From assembly GCF_009914755.1 (NCBI RefSeq), contig NC_060926.1: a stretch of 64,000 bases of DNA, one strand, 5' to 3'. Below are positions 16,668 to 30,800 of this stretch, one piece after another. Position 1 is the stretch's first letter. Each line of letters begins with the position of its first letter. This DNA is from the human T2T-CHM13v2.0 reference genome, Homo sapiens. The notes under the pieces were generated by a model that ran no database searches, was not told the DNA's origin, and was given only the letters and a program-made list of their open reading frames with translations. The position numbers and the translations under genes are program-made.

Positions 16668-16830
16668 TGTAGGTTAGGTTCCCTAGGACACAGACTCTGG
16701 GGAGAGATTTACATGCCGACTGTTTATTGATAGTGCTTTTAGTGACAGTGTCCTGAGGGGCGAGAGAAGCAGACTGAGCAGAAGGAGAAGTTGAGCTGCT
16801 CTGCATTCACAACACAGACCTCAGTCATTT
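16668..16830. mobile_element. Old MLT1 LTR fragment
   Basis: TGTAGGTTAGGTTCCCTAGGACACAGACTCTG...GAGAAGTTGAGCTG resembles MLT1I/J/K ends. Confidence 0.4.
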
Positions 16831-17197
16831 GTTTTCTGTAACACAACGCTAGCATCTATCATTGCATACACATGGGTAAGGCAAATTTACTCTCTGAGCC
16901 TTAGTTTCAGCACTTAGTATATACCTCTCGCTGTTTTTTTTTTTTTTTTTGAGAATCAAATAAGATACTAGTCACATTTTGGATAATAAAATTGCAAATG
17001 CAAGAGGTCGTCTCTTAAAGGAATAAAAATCTTGAGTCATGACTTTGGCTCTAGGACATTAAGACACATTATGATCTGATGCTGTGTCAGAATAGTAGAA
17101 AAGGCTCCTCTTTGCTTGGGTTTGAATAATTACAAAAGAACACCCAGCTGCCAGAAGACACATTTTAGGAATTAGACTGGATTTAGAATTTGAGTTT

Positions 17198-17581
17198 TGC
17201 TATGGTTTGAATGTGACTTCTCCAAAATTCAACTGTTGCCAATGAGATAGTATTAAGAGGTAGGGCCTTTAGAATGTGATTAGGCCACGAGGGCTCCTCT
17301 CATCAACGAGATTAAGAACCTTATAAAAGAGGCCTCAGCCAGCATTCGGCTGCCTTGCCCTTTCACCTTCTGCTTTATGGGGGCGCAATGTTCCTCTCCT
17401 CCAAGGGATAAAGCAATAAGGCACCATCCTGGAAGCAGAGAGCAGCACTTACCACACATCAAACCTACAGGTCCCTTGATCTCCAACTTCCCAGCCTCAA
17501 AAACTGTGATAAGTAAGTATGTTTTTTATAAATTACCCAGCTTGTGGTATTCTGTTATAGCAGCACAAATGGACTAAAACA
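17198..17581 (+). mobile_element. MST-class solo LTR (MSTD/MSTC-like)
   Basis: TGCTATGGTTTGAATGTG ... AAATTACCCAG..GGTATTCTGTTATAGCAGCACAAATGGACTAAAACA; flanks AGTTT and AATTT. Confidence 0.88.
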
Positions 17582-18715
17582 AATTTTTTAAAAAAACAGC
17601 TTGTCAACTCATCATTGGTTTAACTGATATTTTTATTCTTGTCTTTTGATCAGCAGCTAAAAGAAATGTGGAGGGAGTCCCAGAAAGTTAGGGGGCAATG
17701 TAAGCCTTATTTGTATTTACCCCCTCAGTCTATGATATAAATAAGCCCCCTGAAGTCTTTAAAGGGAGATTAATGGGTATTACTGATTAATACTTAAATG
17801 AGGACCTCCTCGTAAGAATACAAAGTACCAAATAGCCTCCAACTCTATACATGCTGCTTGGATTGACCTATGTTGTCCTTTAAATTCCCTGCTCAAATTT
17901 TGATTTTCTTTTGATCTCGTAGTCATTTTCTCATAGTCATTTTCTTTCAATTGGGAGTCATTAAGGCAATTTTTAATAGTTGATTTTATAATCAACTACT
18001 ATAAAGTATACATATTGATATATTGACCTTAGTTATAACCTCAAGCATATACATAAGTTATATCCTCATGCATATGTGCTGATGCCCTACAATTAACAAG
18101 CATGCAGCTTTGAACACAAAGGCAACTGCCTTATGTTGAATTACATATTCTTCTAGAAGAAATGTGTTTGAATGGAAAGATTATCCATTGAGGAGTTCAC
18201 TTAACTGGGCTGGAGGACCTTCTAACTCCATTAAAATATATTTATTGGCTGCAATTCTTCCTCTTTGAGGCACAGACGACAAAGTCAGCCTTATACCTGC
18301 CTGCATGCAACGACCACATTCTTTCAACACTGGCCAGCTATTGGCATGTAAAACACCAAGGTTTTCTATTTTAGGGAAGGAGGGGCTAAATAAAGCTTGG
18401 AGAAAGAGCAAAAAAAAAATTTTTTTTTGATTAATAACCTTGACATAAATCTGTTAATTTTTTCTCAACCAGAAAACTAGTTTAGAGCAGGTTTAAAAAT
18501 AGGGAACAAAATGAAAATATTTCCTGAGGCTTCTTTTTTTCAAATAATAACTTTCAAATATTGTTAAAAAATTTGTGTCTCTGTGAAAACAATATTGCAT
18601 TAAGAATATAAGGGCCTGAGTACTAACAGAATCTCTACTCTGTAACTTTGGAAAATATAGGTATTCTTTCTGAGTCTACTTTTTATTATGGTGAAATTGA
18701 AGACTTTAGAGTAGA

Positions 18716-18870
18716 TCAGGACTCAGCAAGCACTGCCATTGTGGCAAGTAAGCAGCTGTAAATAATAGGTAATGAATGAGTGTGGCTGTATTCCAATAAA
18801 ATTTTATTTACAAAAAATCCCACAGCTGGCCAGATTTGGCCCACAGGTCTGTAGTATACTAATCTGTATA
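18716..18870 (+). mobile_element. MER58 fragment
   Basis: GTGTGGCTGTATTCCAATAAAATTTTATTTACAAAAA...GCCAGATTTGGCCCACAG, same family as 4550-4774. Confidence 0.75.
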
Positions 18871-18939
18871 CTAGATAGTTTCCAAATTTTAGTGATTGTT
18901 GAAATTCTTGGATGTATCAATACATATTTCCTGGCACCA

Positions 18940-19400
18940 CAGTCTATTTACTGCAGTCACAAATGAAAATCTCAGTTGCATTCAGCACTAAGCATTTATT
19001 TATCAAGTGCCTGTGATTCCACTCAGGTGGTCCTGTTGCTCTCAGTTGGGCTGGCTCATGTGTCTTCAGGTCAGTTGGGGTTGCTGGTGTGGGTCACAGG
19101 GGTTGGGGAAGCTCTGCCTCCTGCTGTATGTGTGTGAATCAGTTGGGGCTACTGGGATGGCTCTCTTCCACAGGTATTCATTTTACGGATACTCTGAAGC
19201 TGTTATAGAAGCTCTTTCCAGGTAGATGCACAAGAGTGTGAGAAAAAAAATTACAGGTAACTTCTTAAAGGCCCAAGTTTGAAATTGGCACAATGACAGT
19301 GTTACTTCTGCCCATGTGTCATGGTCCAAAGCAAGTCACATGGACTGTCTCAAAGTCAAAGGGTGGCACAGTGAAGTCATGGCAAGAAAGCAGATAGAGG
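18940..19400 (-). mobile_element. Old MLT1 LTR (H/J-like)
   Basis: GCATTTATTT, GGGCTGGCTCATGTGTCT and ACTTCTGCCCATG..GTCCAAAGCAAGTCACATGG motifs. Confidence 0.6.
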
Positions 19401-20874
19401 GTCACTTAACCTATCAAACTTGGAATTTTTTTTTTTTAAATTACGCTCCTGGGCCCCATTGTGAAAGGTACTGATTCAGCAGGCCCGTGACTGAGTTCAG
19501 AAATATGTAGGTGCTTAACCATCTTAATGACCAGCCAGCACAGAGACTCACTCCGTTAGATTTCTAAGGCTACTTGCAACTCCATTTCATTTGATTCTAT
19601 AAAATGAGGAGTTTTATTTTTTAAGAGTACACTTTGTTCTCAGAAAGTTTTTCTAATTTGATAGCTAGTCTCTGCAGTGACTCTGTCTTTCAGGGCCACA
19701 AAGCAGGCTGACCACGGAGACTGCTATCTGCTCCCACACAGAGCTCTGACCTGCTTTATCCTCATCTACTCCTCCACCTCTTTCACACACCACTCCTGTT
19801 GGGGCCAACTCATCAGGCCCGCATAGAGGGAAGTTGATGATCACTATCAGTAGGCACAGCTGGACTAAACCAACTCATTTCACACTGCAGTAGCTGGTAA
19901 TCAAATGGTACTCCATGCTTTATTAATTTGTAATCACCCTTACCCCCTCCATTTTCTTTTACTCATAGGTCACTTAAAAATTCCTTGATTGTGCAACAGT
20001 GGGGAATAATCCTTCGCTAAAATATGTGGCACTTTCATTATGCAACCACTAAACTCAGCATCTTGGGGGCATTTCTCATAAATATTTAATGCTGCATTTT
20101 AAAATTTATATTTTGTGTGATTGTTCTTTTCTCATTTGAAAGAAGATTTTAATTGTGGAATAATGGCTGGTCCTGTCACCATCAATATTCATGGGTCAAT
20201 AATATATTAATGGGTAGCAATGTTAGGTCTCTGTTAAGTCACAGCTGTGGTTAGGAGGAACATGGATGCCTACATAAGCTCTTTCATGAAAGCTGATGTC
20301 AGCTTTATATTCACAAAATTATATTCATCATTTGTCTTGCTAAAGTAACATGAATTTCTTTTAAAGGTCTATACATTTACATTGCCAGCATATAATTAAT
20401 GCAACACCAGAATTTGTCAGCTGGTTTAAGCCTACATGCAGACTCATGCAGGCTTATATCTAATAGGTGAGAAGAAAACGTGATACAGAACTCAGTAGGT
20501 TTTAATATACTGCATTTAGATAGAAACTCTTTCGTATACTATGAGACTCCTTAAAAATATATATCTAATGAATTTTACTAATACCATCCAGAGTAATTGT
20601 ACATCATCCCCTGTTGATGGCTAGATAGAGGCCATGTGTTGTGTTGATACTATTGTTTAACATACCAAGTAAATTGTTCCTATTATCTCCAGTATTTATC
20701 AGCTGATTTGTAAATGGTTCTAATTTGGGGACAAGAAAGAACAAAAGCCAAACTATCAGAAATCATTTAAAATATAAAAACCAGTGCTTAGAGGATTGTG
20801 ATTTTATGTGGGTTGGCAAACTTTCTCTTATACATGGCCAGATAGTAAATATTTTTGCCACAAAGGCAAATGTT

Positions 20875-21160
20875 GTTCATGATAATGAGTTCTCATGAGT
20901 GAGATCTGGTCATTTAAAAGTGTGTGGCACTCCCCACTCCTTTCACACACTCTGCATTTGCTTTGTGATGTGAAAGCTCCTGTTTCACCTTCCCCTGTGA
21001 GTAAAAGCTCCCTGAGCCCTCCCCAGAAGCTGAATGATGTTGGCGCTATGCTTCCTGTATAGCCTGCAGAACTGTGGGCCAATTAAGAGAATCTCTTTTC
21101 ATTATAAGTTACCCAGTCTCAGGTGGTTCTTTATAGCAGTGCAAAAAACAGCCTAATATA
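20875..21160 (+). mobile_element. MSTA/B LTR 3' part, flanked by MER58 pieces (20810-20870 and ~21162-21200)
   Basis: GAGATCTGGTCATTTAAAAGTGTGTGGCAC...CCTCCCCAGAAGC...TTACCCAGTCTCAGG..TTTATAGCAGTG; upstream GGTTGGCAAACTTT..GGCCAGATAGTAAATATTTT is MER58. Confidence 0.8.
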
Positions 21161-21209
21161 TAGTTGTATTCCAAGAATAATTTGTTTTCAAAAACATGCA
21201 GTGAAATAC

Positions 21210-22003
21210 ATCAATTAAAATAGATGATCAGAACCCATCTATATGTTGTCTATGCAAAAAATAATTTAAATAATACACATAGATTAAAAATGAAAGGGAT
21301 GGTGAAATACCATGCTAACACTAATCAAGGAATTGAGAGTAGCCTATTAATTCTAGGCAAAACAAACAGACTTCAGAACAAAGAAAATTATCAGGGATAA
21401 AGAAAATCATTACATAATTAAAAAGAGGTCAATTCTGTAAGGATACGTAATGATCCTTAATGCTTATGTGCCAAACAACAGAACATCAAAATATGTGAGG
21501 CAAAGCTTACAGAACTACAAGAAGAAATAGACAAATCCACTGTCTACCAGTAATTAATGGATTCAGCAGGCAGAAAAATCAGTAAGGACATATTTGAACT
21601 GATCAGTATCATCAATCAACTCATCTAATTGACATTTATAGATTATTTTATCCAGATTATTTTACAGCAGAATCCACATTTTGCTCAAGTTCACAAGGGA
21701 CATTTAACAAGATAAACCACATTCTGGGCCATAAAACACAACACATTTACAAGAATAGAAATCCTACAAAGTACACTCAGAACACAATGAAATTAAACTA
21801 GAAATCCAAAACAGCTGAAAAATGCTAAAATATTTGGACATTAAACAACACACTTCTAAATAACACATGGGTCAAGGAAGTGGTCTCAAGGACCATTTAA
21901 AAATATTTTGAATTAAATGAAAATGAATATAATTTTTCAAAATTTGTGAGATGTAGCAAAAGCATTGAATGCATATATTAGAAGAAAAATCTAAAAATAA
22001 AAA
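21210..22003 (+). mobile_element. L1M ORF2 endonuclease-region fragment
   Basis: CCATGCTAACACTAATCAA, AGACTTCAGAACAAAGAAAATTATCAGGGATAAAG and CACATTCTGGGCCATAAAACA. Confidence 0.85.
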
Positions 22004-23019
22004 AGAGGCAGTGGATGAATTTAAGTCATATGCTTAGATTGCTGACCACTGATAAAAGGTGGTCAGTTTGATTCTAAAGTAAACCAAATTGTTTCTCTCC
22101 TGCAGCCAAGCCACAGAAAGCCATCCTAAACTACAGGGGCATCTATTAAAAAGGGAACAGTAAGATATAGGAGACAAAATAAATATAGACTCTTGTCATT
22201 ATTCAAATAAAGCCCCTCAGTATATGTCTTATGGATGGTTGGCATTAGCACTGTCCTTATGTACCACTCCCAAGCAGCCAGTTTTTACCACTTTATTTAG
22301 CTTTCCTCTAAATCTGTTTCTAATTGACAGCCCCTCTTCTCCAGTTGCCTCAAACTGATCTTCCCTTTGTCCCAATTACAAATTACAATCTAGTTTACAT
22401 GCAAGAACCAGAGTAACCTTCAAAAAAATTATTCACCTCTTTAAAATTATTGGTTTCTTCTACTACCTTTATGACAAAAAATTCTTACATGACCTGCAGG
22501 GCCTGTCATGATCTAGGGCTGTCTTTTCCTCCCAGTTTCACCTCATGATTTTCCCCCTATATTTATTATTTCCTCAATACATTGAATGTTTCCAGAGGTA
22601 TGACAAATATCAGTATTAGGAAATCCAATTATACCCTGAGTCCTATATCTAGTTTGGATAGATATACTTACTTTTGGTAACATATATTAAGTGACACTAA
22701 TTGCACAGTAACTATAAAGGAGTAAGTAACATGAAATCACACAACTATAGCTTTGCCACACCTGCATGAACTTGGACCTTCTTGGCTGAGCACATTTTCT
22801 AAAAACTGGATGCCCACTCTAGAGCCATGCCATTGAAATCTGTTAAGGAACAAAGCTCTGAGGTGGTAACTTGCCAGAGTACCTTGCAGCTGACAGATGA
22901 TAGGTAAAACATGTTAGTTATAAAGTAGTTAACAGCTTAAATCATTTTCCCCTGAAGAGCTAAGCATGTGTGATTCCCTAGAAGGTATCTCACCATCTCT
23001 TCTAGATAATCCTTCCTTG

Positions 23020-25133
23020 AATTAGTTTCCTAAGGCCACTGTAACAAATTACCACAATCTTGGTGGCTTAAAACAACCAAAATTTATTCTCTTATGGTCG
23101 GAGTCTGTTTTTTGTTGCTATAACAAAATACCACAAACTAATTCATAAATGAAAGTTTATTTAGCTGATGGCTCTAGAGACTGGGAAGTCTAACAGCATG
23201 GCAGAAGGCATCAGATGGTGACAGCGTGTGAGACAGAAAATGACAGCCAAACTTTCTTTTATGACAAACCCAGTCTGGAGGTAACAAAGAGATTTCCATT
23301 ATAAAGGCATTAATCCATTCAGCAGGTTTCTGACTGGTCTTCCAGGCTAGCTGCAGTATCCTTTAAAATCTAGCAGGAGAAAGCCATGCCTCCACAGCTC
23401 TGCTATTCTGTGCACCAGCAGAATTAGCATCATTTGATGCCACCAGAGTTTATGGCTTCTGCCTTCCAGAGTGGGGAATCAAGCTATACCTGGGCCTTCT
23501 TAAACTGCACTTAAGACTCCTTGAGCCATGGCTGGGGTAGTTGAGGGGTGCTTCACTGGAATGTGTGGAGCAGAGACTCTGGGTACCAAGCCCATGGAAG
23601 GTGTCCTGGGCTTACCCCCAAAACCATTCTGCCTCCCTACAGTTCTGGGCCTGTGATGAGAGGGGTAGCCTCAAAGATCTCTGAAATACCTTTGGGGTCT
23701 TTCTCCCATTGTATTGATGAATAGAACCTGGATTTCTTCTATATATATTAATCTCTTTAACAAGTGGTCGCTTGGCTAAACTCTTATTTTTTTCTCCTGA
23801 ACATGCTTTTTCACTCTTTCCATGGCCAGGCTGTGAATTTTCCAAATTTTTCTGTTTTTCTACATCTTAAAAAATTATCAATTCCATCTTTAAGTCATTT
23901 CCTTGCTCTTGCATCTCACTGTATGTGGTTAAAAGTAACCATCTAGCAGTCTGAATTCTTCGTTGCTTAGGTATTTCTTCCAACAGACATTTCAGTTCAT
24001 TACTCTTAAGTAATGAACTCTTAAGGCATTCCATAAAGCCCTCAGGCGTGGACACAATTCAGCTGAGGTCTTTGTACTTTATAACAAAGATGGCTTTTAC
24101 TCTAGTGTCCAAAACTATGTTCTTGATCTGTTTGAGATCTCATCAGAATGGTCTTTGCTTTCTATATTTCTACCAACATTCTGGTCACAACCACTTTAGT
24201 AATCTCTAAGAAAATTAAGACTTTCCCTATGGCTTTTGTCTTTTACTGGACCGTCATGAGAATCACCCTAATTCCTCAGTTACAACAATGCTGGGTTTTA
24301 CTAACCTTCTCCTTCAAATTCTTATAGCCTTTCCCCATTACCCAGTTTCAAAGCCACTCCCACATTTTCAGGTATTTGTTATAGCAACAGCGTGACTTTT
24401 CCCTACCAATTTTCTGTCTTAGTTAATTTTCTTTTGCAATAAAGAAAACAAGTTTATTTGGCTAACAGTTCTGGAGGCTGGGAAGTCCAAGGGTATGGTG
24501 CTGGCATCTACTGAGGGCATGGCAGAAAGCATCACATGGAGAGAAAACATGAGACAGAAAATGGCAGCTGAACATGTTTTTATAACAATCCCAATCTCAT
24601 GATAACTAAACCACTTCCAAATAAAAGCATTAATCCATTCCTGAGGGAAGAACCCTCATGACCTACCAATGAAATCTTGACATAAGTTTTAGGGGGGTCC
24701 AAATATTCAAACCAAAGCACTTATAGTTCCAGAGACAAGAACTCCAAAATCAACTTCACTAGGCTAAAGTCAGGGTTGGCAGGATGGGTTCTTTATGGAG
24801 GTTCTGAGAGAAAGATCTGTTTCCTTGACTTTTTTAGCTTTTACAGACCACCTGTATTCTTTGGCTTGGGAATCCTTCTTCTGTTTTCAATGTATATCAC
24901 TCTAATCTCTGCTTCCATCATCACATGACCTCCTCTCCTGACTCCTCCTGTGTCCCTCTTATAAGAAGCCTTGTAATTACATGTAGGGCTTACCTGGATA
25001 ATCCAGAAAGAGCTTCCCATCTTCATTTTAAACTTAATTACATCCAAAAAGTCTCTTATGCCTTATAAGTTAACATTTCCAGGTTCAGAATTAGAACATG
25101 GTTACATCTGGGGGTCATTATTCAGCTTACTGT
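23020..25133 (-). mobile_element. MLT1C/D LTR split by an MST provirus (pieces 23020-23095 and 24720-25133)
   Basis: ATTAGTTTCCTAAGGCCACTGTAACAAATTACCAC..AAAACAAC..ATTTATTCTCTTAT resumes as CTTATAGTTCCAGAG...GGATAATCCAG...GGGGTCATTATTCAGC. Confidence 0.82.
23096..24719 (-). mobile_element. MST-class MaLR provirus (partial LTR 23096-23320, internal 23321-24414, LTR 24415-24719)
   Basis: Two related LTR copies (GCATGGCAGAA.GCATCA..GAGACAGAAAATG.CAGC..GCATTAATCCATTC) flank MaLR-int sequence; 5-bp TSD CTTAT at 23091-23095 and 24720-24724. Confidence 0.85.
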
Positions 25134-25749
25134 ACTACTCATCCTCCAGATCTTAGTTTTGGTGTTTCTCCCTCAGAGAAAACAGCTTGGCCCTGCAATC
25201 TACATGTGCTCCCTCAGGCTGTCTCTTTCATCAAACTCTCTCTCTTCATTTTTATCTCAGTTCCCAGTTTAACACCTGCCTTTCCCACAGGACTTTAAAC
25301 TCAAAGAGGTCAAAGAACATGTCTGTTTCATTTATTATTGTTGAAAACATAAACTGGTGATGTGGGAATGTATTTTTATATTTGCCGCGAAAGAGCACAG
25401 CTTGGTTTCCTTAAGCAAGTTAAATTTATTACAATGATACATTTGAAGTAACTTTTTGTTTTAAGCTTGTATTCTCCCATGTGCTTTCTTTTAGAATAGG
25501 CTGAGGGGAAGTAGAACCTGTTTTTAGGCATTTTTCTTTTGGTAAGGGGGTAAAAAATTAAAGCCCTATTGGCATGTTAGTTATAAAGTGCTTTTACATT
25601 TAATGCACGTGTCCTGTTCTCAAAGCAATGGAAACCATGATATCTGTACAAGAACAATCCTTACAAATTATGTGTTTTTACATTTGCATTTTTATTGAAA
25701 TGTATTTTATATATAATATAATATATTAGTATTAAGTGTTCGGCATTCA

Positions 25750-26211
25750 CTATGGTTGAAATATTTGTCCCCTCCATAACTCATGTTAAAACTTAATCTC
25801 CAGTGTGGTAGTATTGAGGTGTTGAATCTTTAAGATGTGATTGGATCATAAAAGCTCTGCCCTCATGAATGGATTAATCTATAAATGAATGAATTCATGG
25901 ATTAATGGATTGATGGGTTAATAGATTAGTGGGTTATCATGGGAAGAGAACTGGTAACTTTATAAGACAAGGAAGAGAGACCCAAACTAGCATATTTGCA
26001 TGCTCAGCCTCCCCACCATGTGATACCCTGTACCACCTCAGGACTCTGTAAGGAGTCACCACTTCACCACTAGCAAGAAGGTTCTAACCAGATGCAATCC
26101 CTCAACACTGGACTTCCTGGTCTTCATAACTGTAAGAAATAAATTTCTTTTCTTTGTAAGTTACCAGTTTCAGGAATTTTGTTATAAGCAACAGAAAACA
26201 GACTAAGAAAA
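25750..26211 (+). mobile_element. MSTB1/MSTC-like solo LTR
   Basis: CTATGGTTGAAATATTTGTCCCCTCC..CTCATGTT...CTCTGCCCTCATGAATGGATTAAT...AATAAATTTCTTTTCTTTG..GCAACAGAAAACAGACTAAGA. Confidence 0.85.
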
Positions 26212-26364
26212 CTAAAGTACTTGGAAGCTAGGTAAATGGCCCTCAATTTTTAATTACTTTTTAATAGCTTTAAGCATAATACCTATTTATAGTTTTAAAA
26301 TAATGTGGAATACAGATAAACCAAACAAGAAAAAAAAAGCAGGGAAGGATTCTGCTACCCAGCA

Positions 26365-26690
26365 GTCTTAATCCTGAGTGTCCAGACACCAATGCTGGTC
26401 CCTCCTATGGCATCTCTCCTCAATCTTTTTAGGTAGGCTCATCCAGTCCCAGCTATAAACACTGATCGTACATATGCAATTCCCAAATTTATTATCTTAT
26501 TCTTTACCTCTCCTTGACTCCCAGACCACTTAGCATCTCCTACTTGCATGTCCAGTGTATATCTCAAATATAACATCACCAAAATAAAACCTTTGATTTT
26601 TGTTCCTTGGCAAACATTCTACTCTCCAGTGAATATATCACCACATATTTACTGACTCAATCCAAGAATCTAGAATTTGTCTTGGAAAAA
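26365..26690 (+). mobile_element. L2 fragment
   Basis: GACTCCCAGACC..CATCTCCTACTTGCATGTCC..ATCTCAAATATAACAT..AAAACCTTTGAT. Confidence 0.6.
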
Positions 26691-27142
26691 TGAGGATACC
26701 AAAAAATGAAAGGTCATTCAAATCAGTGAAGAACTCTTATGAAACTAATTACAACTTAAAATCTAAGAAAACAACCAAATATATATGCAAGAAGTCAGTA
26801 TCTGGAAGAATATTTCTGTAGTGATGATGATATATCAAGTAGTCAAATATTTGGAGAAAAGTATAGGTTTTTACTACCTCTGTCTCTCTCCTCTCTCTCT
26901 CTGTCCTTCTTTCCATCTTTCTTTTTTCTATATTTTCTTTTTCTCTTCCTTTCATCTTTTTCTCTCCCTCTTTCTGTGAAATTTAAACTCTTCAAAACTG
27001 TGATTCTGATTAATATCACCAGTTATTACTTAGAGCAGGGTACTTTACTGAGTAGAGCTTTTACACCAGATGTTATAGGGACTGATCAGCCTGGATCCAT
27101 GGCATTCGGTTCAAAGATTTCTGATCTGTTAGTTGTAGCTGG

Positions 27143-27320
27143 GCAGGGTTGGATCCACGAGTATGTGACCTATGCGGTCACACATGGCTCAGTGCTTAGA
27201 AGGGTCTCACGCTAGGGTTAATGCTCTGAATTTCCTGTATGAAAATTTTTCATAACGTTTGAATGAGGAAACTTTGTTCAGTTTTTATTTTGCATTGAGT
27301 GCCACAAATTATGTAGAAAG
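27143..27320 (+). mobile_element. MER91A (hAT) element
   Basis: CAGGG..GTGACCTATGCGGTCACACA..CTTAGAAGGG..TTAATGCTCTG...TTTTGCATTGAGTGCCACAAATTATGTAG. Confidence 0.75.
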
Positions 27321-27847
27321 TCATACCTTCCTGAGATTGGTGAACGGAATTGTGTCCAAGGATCCTTTCAGGGAGAGATTGTGGTATGCAGAGGTTCTCA
27401 GGCTTCCGAGAAAAGGATAGGGTAACTTGAAGTTATCTTGCTTGAATTCCCAGAACACAAGTATGAAAGTAGAAAGAATAAATGAAAACTTATTAAATTT
27501 GTTCATAAAACTTACAGTCTCTGTTAGTAAAATATGGGTAATATAATGAAAAGATGAATGAAAATTTCATGTCCTTTCTGTAGTTATCCTGCAATATTTT
27601 TAAGTGTAAAATTTAATAGTCTACCCAGAAAAAAACACTCAAATGGTATAAATAAACAATTAACATGAAGGAAATATAAAAATATAAGTACACACATGGA
27701 AACATGTTTCACCTAGTTAGCCATCTACAGAAGTCTAAATTTATTTTTAAAATAGATTTATTTTGTCTTTTTTCAGTAATATGGTAATTTATTTTATCCA
27801 AACCACCTTTAATGTCTTAGTACATTAAATTATTTCAGCACACCTCT

Positions 27848-30800
27848 TTTAAAACATTTATTGATTGATGAATACAAATTGTATATATTTATTGTGTATA
27901 ACATGTTTTGAAATATGTATACGTTGTAGAATAGCTAAATAAGGCTAATTAACATATGCATTGTCTCACATTCTTATTTTGTTGTGATGAGAATTCATAA
28001 AACCTACATTCTTAGCAAGTTTCAAGAACATAGACAAGGAAGATGGTGGATAGGATACAGGACTGACATACAGCTCCCACTTGGATGGACAAAACAGCAT
28101 GTGGAGACTCACACCATGGACTTTTGCTTCAGGAACCACCACAAGAGCATACCAGGAACGTGAAAAGAATTCACAGATCCTTTGAAAGAAGCAGCAGGCC
28201 ACTGCAAATTCCACGAGACAGGTGAAAATCTCTGGTGCTTTCTTGAAAGTGCCACCTCCTGGCTGGAGGCCAATTAACTCAGGACATTACAGCAACTCAT
28301 GACAGAACAACCTGCCCCAAGGGAGCAGAAAGCAACAGCTAATTCCACTGCCTGCAACATCCTGGCTAATCAGTGGTCCAGAGTCTGTCCACATGACAAC
28401 TTCACTGCTAGCATACTCAGTGTTCGAGAAAGCCAGCACACTAAACATCTTTATAACCAAGGACTGTCACAGAGCCTACTTCACTTCCTCGCCACTTCTA
28501 CCAGAGCAGGTGCTGGTAACCATGGCTGGGAGACCTGAAGATGGATCACATCACAGGACTCTTAGCAGACATTCCCCAGCACCAGCCCAGAGCCTGGTAG
28601 CCCAACTGGGTGGCTAGACCCAGGAGAGCAACAATAAGCACTGCAGTCTGGCTTGCAGGAAGCCCCATTCCTAGGGGAAGGGAGAGTACACCACATCAAG
28701 GGACCACCCTATGAGACAAAAGAATCTGAATGTTAGCCCTTAGGTTCCAGATTTTTCCACTGAAATAGTCTACCCAAATGAGAAGGAATCAGAAAAAGTA
28801 ATTCTGGTAATATGACAAAACAAGGTTTCATAACACCCTGAGTAGACAATAGCTCCCAGCAATGGATCCAAACTGAGATGAAATCTCTGAATTGCCACGT
28901 ACATAACTCAAAAGGTTGATTTTTAAGCTAATCAAGGAGATAGCAGAGAAAGGTGAAAGCCAACTTAAAGAAATTAAAAAAAAATACAGGATATAGATGA
29001 AAAATGTTCCAGAGAAATAGATATCAGAAAGAGAAAACAATCATGACTTCTGGAAATGAAAGACACAGAGAAATACAAAATGCAATTGAAAGTTTCAACA
29101 ATAGAATTGAACAAGTAGAAGAAATAAGTTCAGAGCTCAAAGACAAGGCTTTCAATTTAACCCAATTGGACAAAGACAAATAAAAAATAATTTTAAAAAG
29201 CAAAGCCTCCAAGAAATTTGAGATTACATTAAATGATCAAACCTAAGAATAACTGGTGTTCCTGAGGAAGAAGAGAAATCTAAAAGTTTGAAAAACGTAT
29301 TTGAGGGAATGATTGAGGAAAATTTTCCTGGCCTCACTAGAGATCTAGACATCCAAATACAAGAAGCTCAAAGAACACTATGAAGGAAAACCTATCAGAT
29401 TAACAGCAGATTTCTCAGCATAAATCCTATAAGCCAGAAGGGATTGCGATCCTATCTTTACCTCCTAAAACAAAATAATTGCCAGCCAACAATTTTGTAT
29501 CTGGCAAAACTAAGCTTTATAAATGAAGGAGAGATTAAGTCTTTTTCAGACAAACAAATGCTGAGAGAGTTTGCTACTACCAAGCCAGCACCACAAGAAC
29601 TGCTACAAGGAGCTCTAAATCTTGAAAAAAAACCTCAAAAGACACACCAAAATAGAACCTCTTTAAAGCATAAATCTCACAGAGCCTATGAAACAATAAC
29701 ACAAAGGAAAAAAAAAAAGTTATTCAGGCAACAACTAGCACAATTAATAAAACAGCACCTCACACCTCAATACAAATGTTGAATGTAAATGGCCTAAATG
29801 CTCCAATTAAAAGACACAGAATGGCAGAATGGATACATTCACCAACCAAGTATCTGCTGTCTTCAAGAGACTCACCTAACTTATAAGGACTCACATAAAC
29901 ATAAGGTAAAGAGGTGAAAAAAAATTCCATGCAAATGGAAACCAAAAGAAAACAAAAGTAGCTATTCTTATATCAGACAAAAGAGACTTTAAAGCAATAA
30001 CAGTTAAAATAGACAAAGAGGGGCATTATGTAATGATAAAAGGATCAGTCCACAGGAAAATATCATAATCCTAAATATAAATGCACCTAATATAGAAGGT
30101 CCCAAATTTATAAAACAATTACCACTTGACCTAAGAAATGAGATAGATGGAAAAACAATAATAGTAGGGGACTTCAATACTTCATTGACAGCATTAGACA
30201 GGTCATCAAGACAGAAAGTCAACAAAGAAACAATGGGCTTAAACTCTACCCTAGAACATAGGGACTTAACAGGTATTTACAGACCATTCTACCCAACAAC
30301 TGCAGAATATACATTCTTTTTGTCAGCACATGGAACATTCTCTGAGATAGACCATATGATAGGCTAGAACACAAGTCTCAACAAATTTAAGAAAATCAAA
30401 ATTATGTCAAGTACCCTCTTAGACCACAGCAGAATAAAATTGGAAATTAACTCCAACAGGAACCTTCAAAACTATAAAAGTACATAGAAATTAAATAATC
30501 CACTCCTGAATGATTTTTGGGTCAACAACGAAATCAAGATGGAAATTAAACATTCTTTGAGGTAAATGATAATAGTGATACAACTTATCAAAACCTCTGG
30601 GATACAGAGAAAGCAGTGCTAACAGAAAAGTTTATAGCATTAAATGCCTACATCAAAAACTCTGAAAGAGAACAAGTAAACAATCTAATCTCACACTTCA
30701 AGGAACTGGAGAAACAAGAACAAACCAAACCCAAACTTAGCAGAAGGAAAGAAATAACAAAGATCAGAGCAGAACTAAATGGAATTCAAACAAATGAAAA

